The notes below the pieces were generated by a model. That model was not told the origin of the DNA. It did not search any database and saw only the letters and a program-made list of their open reading frames with translations. A program made the position numbers and the translations under genes. This document shows positions 51,818 to 64,000 of a stretch of 64,000 nucleotides of DNA, one piece after another. Positions within the stretch are counted from its first letter, which is position 1, and every line of letters begins with the position of its first letter. Where the stretch lies: positions 195,610,001 through 195,674,000 of the forward strand of contig OX597815.1 in NCBI GenBank assembly GCA_951406725.2. The letters run 5' to 3'. This DNA is from Octopus vulgaris (Eukaryota).

Positions 51818-53299
51818 TATCAGAGATGACTTAGATATGTTAAACCACCTCCCAAAAAAAGCCAAGGAAGAAACAATCCTGGTTTCATTTGATGTAGTCA
51901 ACTTGTATACCAGTATACCTCATAATTATGGACTGGAAGCAATTCAGTTCTGGTTAGACCAATTTCCGGAAGAAATACCAAAAAGGATCAGTAAAGAATT
52001 CATTACTAAATCAATTGACTTCATCCTACACAATAACCACTTCATGTTTGACAATACATTTTACCGTCAAAAATCCGGAAATGCTATGGGTACAAGGGCA
52101 GCACCAGTCATTGCGAACTTAACAATGGGATACATGGAAATAACCATTTACCAGGAATCCTTATCAATCTTTGGAAACCCCTCTCTCAATACATAAAAGA
52201 GAACTGGAAACGATTCTTGGACGATTGTTTTATTCTCTGGAATGAAAACACAGATAAACTCTTAAAATTTAAAAACCTATTGAACAGCATAAACCCAAAT
52301 ATACAGTTCACAATGGAATACAACCAAAAGGAACTCCCGTTCTTGGATATACTATTTAAAAAAATTAACCTTAAAATAGAAACAGACATTTTCTACAAAG
52401 CCACAGACGCCAAACAATACCTTCTTTTTAGTTCATGCCACCCAAGACACACTAAAACAAACGTCCCCTTCAACCTTGCAAGAAGGATATGCACAATAGT
52501 GTCAGAACAAAACACCAGGAACTTCAGACTGCAAGAACTCAAAAACACCTTAATTGACAGACATTACCCAACTCAACTCATAGAGGATGGGATCAGACGT
52601 GCAACAGAAATCAACATAGAAACTTTAAGAAAAGTTCAACACAACAACACACCTTCCCCGAAAATACTACCTTACATATCTACATACAACCCCAGAAACA
52701 AAGAAGCTTTCACCCTCATCACCCAGAATTTACCAATACTTCATAAAAACCCCAAATTAAAGGAAATTCTAAACATACACCAAATCATTAAAAGCTACAA
52801 ACAGCCTAAATCACTTTAAAAGATTCTCACAAAGGCAAAATTGTCTTCTAAAATTACGGATGCAAAAGTAAAAAAATGTGGTAGATCGAACTGTGCAACA
52901 TGTCCTAACCTATTGGAAGGATCAGAATTCTTCTTTAAAGAGGGACAGAAATTCAAGATCAAATCTAACTTTACTTGTGCCTCTGAAAACATAATTTATG
53001 TCATTAAATGCTCGGGCTGCCACCAAGACTACGTGGGGTCCACGGGACTATCACTCAGACGTAGATGCACACTGCATCGACAACAGATTGCATTCCCAGA
53101 ATATAGAATGATACCATATAGTGAACACATTGAGAAATGCGCAAAGCAACTACAACCACAATTTTTAATCTTTCCATTTTACCAATGTGCTTTCGGATCA
53201 TCATCACAAATTAGACTAAATAAGGAAACATTCTTCATTGAAAAGTACAAACCCAGACTCAACTATCCGAACTCAATAATACAGAGAAATTCACACTAA
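51818..53299 (+). pseudogene. PLE reverse transcriptase + GIY-YIG endonuclease, with one frameshift and one stop
   Basis: LVSFDVVNLYTSIP, QKSGNAMGTRAAP, WKRFLDDCF, LPFLD, TDIFYK and FTCASENIIYVIKCSGCHQDYVGST. Frameshift near 52190; TAA at 52817-52819. Confidence 0.95.
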
Positions 53300-53644
53300 A
53301 GGAAAACAATTTTTTTAAGCGATTATCTCCCTTACACCGGAAGAAATCACTCACTACTTTCCCTTATTTAGAACTCTCCGTAGCAAAAATACAAGGATTA
53401 CGTTATTAAAAATAAACATTAAGTCACAAGAAATTTGAAGAGCTAACTGCGAAACCGGTATTTCTTTAAAAATTATAAAATTATGTCATTTTAAGGAGGG
53501 AAAAAAATTTTTTCCAATATTCTCCAGACATTTTGACGCAAATATATATATTTTTTAACATTTAAGCCTTCTGTCGTTTTTTCACTCTTTACTATTTTCT
53601 TATATATTCACCCACGTGCTTTACCAAACAAACTTTCTTATCTA

Positions 53645-54968
<1,324 letters not shown>

Positions 54969-57193
54969 ATGCTTCAACACACGAACTCACAAATTTGCAA
55001 ACCCACTCCAAAAACGAAATATATATATATATTGAAAATATTACATAGAAATAGGGGAGATTTTATGTGGCAAAAAACTACATTCACGTTGTATCTTTTA
55101 GACGCAAATAATAGTGAATGTATGTTTTAGTGCAAATTATGTCATCATTTTCCCTTCAACTTTTATTAAATGCGAAGATATATCCTCATTAATTTATGAC
55201 TGCTAGGCAAATAATTGCTGTCTATGGTTATTTTCCTATTAAAGAATAAAATTTGATCAATCCAAATAATTAATAATTTAAATATCAAATGTAAATAATT
55301 CGTAATTCAAATATCAAATACAATTGCTTAGCACCAAATATAGCTACCTCATTTTTATTAGGGAAATTAATAAAGTACATTAAAATTCTATGTATTAATA
55401 ACAATGGACATCAATAATTTATCATTATCAAATTTATTTCGTGAAATATATTTCTATCTTTATAATATTTCATAAGGATCATTTGTATTTGAATATCAAA
55501 TGAATACAAGACTTCAAAATGTCTTGTTAAATAAGAAAATTTTTATATAACATATTTTTGTTTTCAGTATTGTTTTAATTTATGTGTTTTTAACATGGTT
55601 TCGTTTTCTCTTATTCTGTGTACGTTTTTATTTGATTCTGTTCCTGAACTCCTTGTCTACTTGTGGCACAGATATTACAAATCGCGACAGGTGAAAGGTT
55701 AGGTATCGTTTCTATATTCTAAAAGTCGACATTGGCGATCTGATGTTTGGTTTGTCATGGTGGCTTCAAAGACATTTCTGACCTGATGTCTGAAAGGTCC
55801 AGGGGTTTTCGACAAGGTGAATATGATCAGAAATTCTTTTATCACAAGATGATAAATCATGGTTGCCGTATTACACGAAACGGGCGTCATTCTCTTCATA
55901 TCCCAATTCTTTTTCTCTGTCGTTTCCAATTATTCCTTGATATATTTCTACGATTTACATTTTATCAATTTACATAATTAAAATTTTGATTATAGTTTAA
56001 AACTGTGTAGAAATGTGATTTGTAACTGATTTTTTTATAGCTTCATCTCAATACAAATCATCACTATATATAAAATCTTTTGCTACTTCCAAGAGAAGAC
56101 TATCAAGAAAATGTTGAACGCTGTATGATAGTATTTTTTAATTAATTCAACGTAGAAAAGCAAATGATTAGAAGTAGTAGCCTAAAACTGTCGTCTCAAA
56201 CATTGTGAAAGCGGGCAGTATTTGAAAAATGTCATAATCTTCTGATAAATGATGGCGTTGTTGAGTGGATCAGTAAAGGAAATACATAATCAATAATTTG
56301 GGGCCTCCAGAAGTTTCATCTGACTTAATATATTGAAAGCTGGACACTAAAATTGTTAACATGGGCATCGTATTTCTGAAGAAATAGATAAAGTTATGTT
56401 GGTTTGAAGAATTCTTTTCTGTTCAGTGAGTTGGAAATCTGTATTGAACACTGTTGATCTGAAATGGTGATACATTCTTTTATCTGGAAGAGAAATTTCG
56501 TTTTTTTACAGCATTTTCGAATTAATCTTGACAGTTTTCATAGTGTATTAACAAAGGAAATTGAAATGGTTTTGGTCACGCTCTTCTTTCTTATTTTAGT
56601 GAAACCACTTCAAAGAGAGCGACAGTTTTGCGTCGTGATCTTTGACATGAAAATTTATTTTAGGAATAAATGCTGCTACTTGTATTACCGAAAGTCTTTT
56701 AAGCAATTATTTATTTGACAGGAAGGAAATCCAGTTTATAGGATGGTAGATTCCGTTTAGAAAAAAATGTGGCTATACTATATATCAAAAGTTGTATATG
56801 AACTAAATTATTTAATGTCTGGTGTGCTTTTCAATTTCATCCAAATGCGGTCTCATAAAACTAATATAAGTAGAATAAAGCTAAAACTCATTTCATTCAT
56901 AGCGTATGTCAGTAATCCATCCTTTATTCATTAGACGAAAGAATAATAAAAAATCAACTAAAAAAAAATTTCAACTCAGAAAGATATAGAAAAACCTGCA
57001 TTGCAGTTAGAGAAGCTAATATATTTCGTGCATGTAAATTATCGATTTTTTCAAAGTTGTTTTGCGCATGCTCGATGCGAGATGTTTGGTGGACTGAAAC
57101 ACAGCTTTAAAACTCGACTGTGCTGATGACTGGTAGTAATTTTATGGTCATTGAAGCATTATTCTTATTTCACTGAGCACAGGAAAGAAGTGC

Positions 57194-57227
<34 letters not shown>

Positions 57228-57232
<5 letters not shown>

Positions 57233-57385
57233 GAATTCACAAAAAACAACAACAAAAGACGAATACAGGTGGTGTAGACAACAAAAAGATGTATTAGTTT
57301 AACGCTCGGGAAGTGAAAAAGTCTTTAACGTTTCGCGCCTACGCTCTTCCACAGAAAGAAACAAGAGGAGAAGATAAAGAGAATA
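57228..57385 (-). mobile_element. Solo pLTR end of the 47289 PLE family
   Basis: Homologous to 47289-47460, including gtctttaacgtttcg.gcctacgctcttc.acagaaag. Confidence 0.8.
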
Positions 57386-57455
57386 TATATATATATATTT
57401 ATATATTTATATATATATATATATGTTTATATATATATATATATATGTTTATATA

Positions 57456-57553
<98 letters not shown>

Positions 57554-57664
57554 ATTCGAGACAAAACCACTATTTTAAAACCAAACAAGGAAAGACTTAA
57601 TCAATACATAAAAACATAAAATTTTAATATAAATTAAATAAACCGCCACATATATATATATATA

Positions 57665-57870
57665 TAATCCAAAAGAAGGAAGAAAAACACAAGACAAATT
57701 CGACAACACGAAGACGTGGTATGTGTAAAGTATTAGCAGACACTCAGCGAAGGAAAGAAAATTAATTTTACGTTTCGAGCAAAGGTCTTCTTCAGGAACA
57801 GGAGACAGAGAAAAGTCCAAGAGAAGAGGAAGACAGAGGAAAAAAAAGTCGGCAACTAGAAAGGGAAAGA
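57665..57870 (-). mobile_element. PLE-like terminal remnant with a hammerhead core
   Basis: Minus-strand CUGAAGA-AGACCUUUGCUC-GAAACGUA at 57769-57795; a related end lies at 60895-60965. Confidence 0.55.
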
Positions 57871-58094
57871 GTCACATTTGCTTTGAAGTTAGAGTAGAAA
57901 GTAAAAGAGAGCAGAAACATGTATTTACGTGTATATGAAATGGATGTGTGTATGCATGTGTGTGTGAGAGAGAGAGAGAGACAGATAGAGACTGGGTGAA
58001 TGTGTGTGTTGTCATATATGCATTTTTTGCATGTATGTGGAAGTGACATTCACTCGATTTCTCTCTCTCACTCTCTCTCTCTCAGGCACGATAC

Positions 58095-58887
58095 CTTTCA
58101 TATACACGCACATAAATACAGATGCATACGACTGTTTTGTATATATGTGTGCGTGTGCATGTCAGAGAGAAAGTGATTGAATGCATTTCCTCATAACATA
58201 TAGAGACATGGATGTCTTTTAATGTAGACACTCTTATCGAATATGTGACATCGTCATCATCGTGATATTGAATGTCCTTTACGATAATTGAATTATAGAA
58301 AGATTATGATGTTAAGTTTTTGTAATGCAAATAAGTAAATGAAAAATAGTTTATTTGTTAGCCGAAAGATTACTGAATCTTTTGATACCCCATAGGTCGA
58401 AATTGGCAGCTGAGTTTTGGAATGTATTCGTTACTATCCGTAAAGTTTTTGCGTATATTTGTAAGTGGCTCTCCCCCGTCTCTCTGTCACACACTCTCAA
58501 ATCTTTCATATACACGTACATAAATACATATGCATACATTTTTTGTATATATGTATAAATGAGCGGCGTGTGCATGTGACAGAGAGAAAAAAGTGAATGA
58601 CTGTATTTCGTCACATAATATAGTCACACGCACATATATGTACAAAAAATGTGATAATACAGAAATGGATGTCTTTTAAGGTACACACTCATATACAAAA
58701 TGTGACTTCGACGTCGTCGTCGTCGTGGTATAAAATGTTTACGATAGTTGATTTATAGAAAATATTATAATGTAAATTTTTTTGTAATGCAAATATGCAA
58801 ATGAAAATACAGTTTATTTGGTAGTCGTAAGATTAACGAATCTTTTGATACCCATCCGTCAAAATCAGCAACTCAATTTTAAAATGC
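58095..58887 (+). repeat. Diverged tandem duplication (two ~330-385-bp copies)
   Basis: 58095-58424 versus 58503-58887 share long blocks, e.g. tgtaatgcaaata and gaatcttttgataccc. Confidence 0.85.
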
Positions 58888-59820
58888 TTAAGGTAGATAC
58901 GCACACATACATACAAACACTTGTTTTATATACATATGGAAGACGCTGGGCTATTCACGTATGGAAGGAAAGGAACGACATTATATATATATATAGTGTA
59001 TTGTTTGAGTAAGTTGGTAAAGTTTTAATAAATATTAATGCGGCGATTTGAAAAGAAATGTAAAGATTTTATCTTTCACTTTTTTTAAAACCTGTTGTTG
59101 GATATATTGTACAAGTTGTGACTGAGCATACGATAGTTAATTCACAAAAGCGCATGCGTTAAATGACAGAAAGGAACGAGAGAACAAAGTATTAAATTTC
59201 TGTCTCTCCCACTCTGTCCGTCACTTTCGTTCTCTCTGTTTGTCTCTCATATTTCCTGTGTGTCAATCCCAATTTGGAAATAATATATTATAAATGATAC
59301 TGTTAACATTGCATTAGTAAAGTTTAAAATATTTTTTACACATATATATATATATATAATTTAAGTGACGACGTTGAGCAGTCTGAAAAGCTGAGTATGC
59401 AATGAATTTGATGTCACTGTTTATCCCGAAGATAACATTTGAACAGAGATCGGAATTCAATAAATTGAGATTGAAATTGTAATCGTTAAAAAGAAAACCA
59501 TTGCTTATCAAATAAAAATTGAACTTTAATTGGAAACATTTCACTGATTATAGTGTGCATGACATTTTTTTTTTCAATATCGGTGAGCAACACTGATATT
59601 CAAATTACCATTTGCAATATAAATTACTACGAAATATGATTTTCACGTAAGATGATATTAGATTGTTTTTATTTGGCAATATTCGATATTTTATACAAAT
59701 AATATTTTCGTGTCTGTCAAGTCTGTCATATATAAATATACAGGGTAACACAATAATTTAAAGAAATACACTAGATCAGTTGATTACTTTCGCACAAATT
59801 CCCAATCAGCTATGCACTTT

Positions 59821-60062
59821 TATATGTCCAATATTCATACTAGGGGTAACTTTACGACGTTTGGCCTGTATTACGTACGTATATTTATATAGATGCACGG
59901 GTACATTAACATACACACACGTATATGTGTGCGTGGGTATATATATGTCCAATATTCATACTAGGGGTAACTTTACGACGTTTGGCCTGTATTACGTACG
60001 TATATTTATATAGATGCACGGGTACATTAACATACACACACGTATATGTGTGCGTGGGTATA
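59821..60062 (+). repeat. Perfect 121-bp tandem duplication
   Basis: Two identical copies starting tatatgtccaatattcatactaggggtaac. Confidence 0.93.
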
Positions 60063-60110
60063 TATATATATGTGTGTGTATATATGTATTTGTACACCTG
60101 TATCCATCTA

Positions 60111-60146
<36 letters not shown>

Positions 60147-60820
60147 TATATATATATATATATTATATTAAATTAGAGATAAAACCACTATTAGGTAAAT
60201 CAAACATTGAAAAACATAAGCCAATACCTAAAATTAATTTAAATTATATTATTTTAAATATATATACTCTTTATATTTTATTAAACTTCTAATATGGTGA
60301 GGTAATACGACGCTAGACATAATAGCAACATATTGTTTCATGAAGTGATTTAAACATATAAGGAGTTAACAGTAAGGAATATACAACTTTGAGTTGAAGT
60401 CAGCAACCAATTATAAATCAACTAAACTATTCCTTGCGTGGTTTACATGAGGCATTGTTAAACATTTTGTTTTCTTCTCTAGGACAGGTGAATTTCAATC
60501 AAGGGGAAGTTTTATTTTTAGGAGACTTGGGTTAATTACATATTTTGACATATTTTTATTAAGGTTCGTTTATGGAGTTTCAACAAATCTTGTGCCGAGC
60601 GAGATATACATGCATACATGCATGTATGCATACATGCATGCATATATACATGCACATATATGTATACATGTATGTGTGTGAATGTGTGTATGTGTGTGCA
60701 TTTGCATGTGTGTTTCTTTGTGGTTTGTATGTATGTAGGCACGTATGTATATATCCATACATATATATATATATATAGAGAGAGAGAGGGAGAGTGAAAG
60801 AGAGAGAGAGAGAGAGAAGA

Positions 60821-60867
<47 letters not shown>

Positions 60868-61609
60868 TAATTACATGTATATATACATATATATATATAA
60901 AGTTATTCCAAACAAGAAAGCACAAAAAAACACAACAACGCGAGGACGTTGAACAAATATAGTATATATATATATATGCCCCAGTGTATTCATAAGACAA
61001 GATTTATGTCAGATCGATTGAAAAACACTCTTAGTAAAATGTTTTTTAAATTATTTTTTGAAGCCTCATCTTTAATGACAAGAATACAATATATCCCGCT
61101 GCATATTTTTCTGGATGTTTGTGTATTAACTGCCTCGAAGTCTTTTATGTAGAAATTAGATAATTGATTCTAAAATTCAGAGATATGAAATAGTTATTTT
61201 TGTGATATCTAATGATTTCAATTTTCATCTTCCTTACTAGACAAACAGTTTCATTCGTGGTATCATTCCAAGAAATAGTCACAAGACATACTTGCCTCAT
61301 ATAAAGTGTAAAACCATATATGCACAACCAAATTTACACGCACACACACACACAGATGTCGACTTGTCGTCGTCAACAGTGCTTTCACCTACGCTTCTTT
61401 GGCATTGAATCAACCTGACAGAGATTTCAGAGCATTGTCCTTTATGCATATTCAAGCGAAACTCACGAGCACAAACAGAAAGATCCCCAGAGAGAAAAAC
61501 AACATTTTGTTTATAAGAAGACAGATTAAAATTCAACGAATTAACATACTACCAACAAAAATCCAACGACTTTATAAAAACTAAGTGTCGTGCTTCAAAA
61601 AAAAGATTA

Positions 61610-61850
61610 TTCTTTTACTCTTTTACACTTGTTTCAGTCATTTCACTGTGGCCATGCTGGAGCACCGCCTTTGGCCGAACGAATCGACCCCAGGACTTAT
61701 TCTTTGTAAGCCTAATACTTATTATATCGCTCTTTTGCCGAACCGCTAAGTTACGGGGACGTAAACACACTAGCATCGGTTGTCAAGCGATGTCGGTGAA
61801 CAAACACAGACATACGAACACACACACACACACACGCACACACACACACT

Positions 61851-61886
<36 letters not shown>

Positions 61887-62035
61887 CGATGGGCTTCGTT
61901 CAGTTTCGGTCTATCAAATGCACTCACAAAGACTTGGTCGGCCCAAAGCTATAGTAGAAGACACTTGCCCACTCAGTGGGACTGAATCTGGAACCATGTG
62001 GTTGGTAAGCAAGCTACGTGCCACACATCCACTCA
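61610..62035 (-). mobile_element. SINE family D
   Basis: Reverse complement of the 38281 family with an internal CA/TA tract. Confidence 0.88.
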
Positions 62036-62759
62036 ATACCGGATCAAATATGTTTCAGATACATTTCATCTCGTAAAATTATTTTCACTGCCGTTCGTTA
62101 TGGAAAATAAAATGTGTGAAATTCTAGTCAACTCTGATGGTCGCTCTATTGGACTAATGGTGCATATATTTCAATCTTTAACTTCTCTTCAGCCTCAGGT
62201 ACCAAGAGAAATGCATGTCTGAATTGACAACGCGGTTTCTTATAAGGCAGCAACGCATTACGGCTGCCAGGACATTCGTGAGTAGATATGCAAATAAGTA
62301 GTCGAGAGTGCACAAACTTAAGACCGGTTGAAATATGTTTGAGAAATATTTGAAACCACAAGAGGTGTTTCACGGTAGTTTGTCATGAAGAAAATTTTCT
62401 CGGTTTTGATGTAAAACATATTAGACAACTCAGAGCGCCCCGCCTTTGTACTTCGGATTTTAGGTCGCATGAGACCAAACACCAAGAGAGGTATATATCT
62501 GAACTGACAGAAGTGAAGGTCTTCAATTATGAGAAATCAAATACATACAGACAGACAGACACACACACACACATACACACAAACACTAGAAGATGAGTAG
62601 GAAAAAGCACTAGAACATAGATTGGTTGTATAGTGTAGAAAAATAAGTTAACGACCGCCTTAAAGCCTATTATGTTTATGTATGTATGTATGTACGTATC
62701 TATACATGTTTATAGGTATGTATCTCTCTCTCTCCATCTATCTAACTACCTTCTTTATA

Positions 62760-62791
<32 letters not shown>

Positions 62792-62888
62792 GTGAATTGA
62801 AGAAATGGAGTTGAACGAAGATTGAACAGAAATCATTTTATTGCATTCTACAACAATCTGCAACAAGATTATTCATCTTTCTATTTCA

Positions 62889-62925
<37 letters not shown>

Positions 62926-62944
62926 AGTATGTATGTATTAAAAT

Positions 62945-63232
62945 ATATATAAAAATACAAAATGGGACAAGAATGCAAAACACTCAAACAGACGACACAA
63001 AAAACAGACGGGTCACTCAAAGCCTCCAATCTTCAGTCAAGAACAGGACCATCCCCGCAACCTCGGCCGACCATTCCCGAGATCGCTCTGATCCGGTCAG
63101 CTCCAAGGAAAAACCAAGCCACGAGCATTAGATTTCCCGGAAAAAGGATCGAATGCACACGAAACAAGGACAAAAAAACGGACGATGCCACACGAACACA
63201 AATACAAAAAAACAATAACAGCAATAACAGGA
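62945..63232 (-). mobile_element. (TA)n-embedded repeat related to the 50838-50973 fold-back
   Basis: Shared aaaata.aaa.tgggacaagaa.g.aaa.ca...agacga.acaaaaaa end. Confidence 0.55.
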
Positions 63233-63238
63233 TATATA

Positions 63239-63285
<47 letters not shown>

Positions 63286-63287
<2 letters not shown>

Positions 63288-63700
63288 TTGTGTCTAGGAA
63301 GAGTCATTCTGTGTTAATTCCTTTTTAATTAACATACTCAGTGGCTCGATTTCCACTCGTTGTCTCTGTTCATTATTGGAGCTGCATTTTTTTCTTTGTT
63401 TGTGCGAATGTGTGTGGGTGTGTCAGTGTGTTAGTGTGCAAGTGTATACCCATATTCATGTATATATATGTATATATGTAAATAAAATGAATGACAATTG
63501 GAGACAATATGACGACAGAAAACCCTAAACCTCCATATTCTTCCAGCATGACAAAGACCAACATGGAGGCACACTGGGTCGACTTAACATCCGCATATTA
63601 CCCAAGAACCCAAAGGACCCAACATTCAGACAGGTACAGGAGTGCTCGAACACTAATCTTTCCTCACATCTAATCATCTGCTTTAAAACCCTGAATGTAA
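63286..63700 (+). mobile_element. Second copy of the 53815 PLE family
   Basis: gtgtctaggaagagtcattct end; peptide WVDLTSAYYPRTQRTQH is homologous to WVNLTSASYPSTQKTQH. Confidence 0.7.
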
Positions 63701-63743
63701 ATACTCTTATTAAATGGTAGAGGAAATGTCAGTGAATTATATA

Positions 63744-63952
63744 TTTCTTTACTACCCACAAGGGGCTAAACACAGAGGGGACAAACAAGGACAGACAAAC
63801 GGTTTAAGTCGATTACATCAACCCCAGTGCGTAACTGGTACTTAATTTATCGACCCCGAAAGGATGAAAGGCAAAGTCGACCTCGGCGGAATTTGAACCC
63901 AGAACGGCTACGCATTTCGCCCGGCGTGCTAACGTTTCTGCCAGCTTGCCAC
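63744..63952 (-). mobile_element. SINE family A, 17-bp TSD
   Basis: TSD tgtcagtgaattatata at 63727-63743 and 63956-63972. Confidence 0.92.
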
Positions 63953-64000
63953 ATTTGTCAGTGAATTATATAAGAGTTGTTATTACAAACGTGTGAAGTT

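Larger units (their letters stand above)
51061..53600 (+). mobile_element. Penelope-like element (Neptune-type), 5'-truncated, with an inverted duplication of its 3' 757 bp
   Basis: 51061-51817 is the reverse complement of 52842-53600 (only about 3 differences seen); flanked by TA-rich tracts. Confidence 0.96.

Overview
This is AT-rich, microsatellite-dense eukaryotic DNA. The SINE families and repeat landscape look like an octopus or other coleoid cephalopod genome; that is recognition from memory, not a search. I recognise no intact host gene, and nearly all listed ORFs are translations of (TA)n, (CA)n, (AAT)n or (GA)n repeats. The window is mostly transposon remains: a full-length IR/DR-type Tc1 (2799-4434), a full-length DD34D mariner (31343-32634), several Tc1/mariner remnants and MITEs, a non-autonomous Helitron plus a Helitron PIF1-helicase remnant, RTE and CR1 LINE fragments, about 20 tRNA-derived SINEs built from interchangeable head/body/tail modules, and several Penelope-like elements (PLEs). 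One PLE (51061-53600) is an RT + GIY-YIG copy with ~757-bp nearly perfect inverted arms. The most striking hidden layer is a set of type I hammerhead-ribozyme motifs in short elements embedded in (TA)n tracts. Two are near-canonical, with unusually long stem II and palindromic stem III (25684-25773 and 36934-37011, minus strand), and at least six more are variant cores. Many of these elements also have fold-back ends. A few splice-bounded exon candidates and a C/D-box-like hairpin are low-confidence leads. Coordinates were counted by eye and may be off by a few bases.
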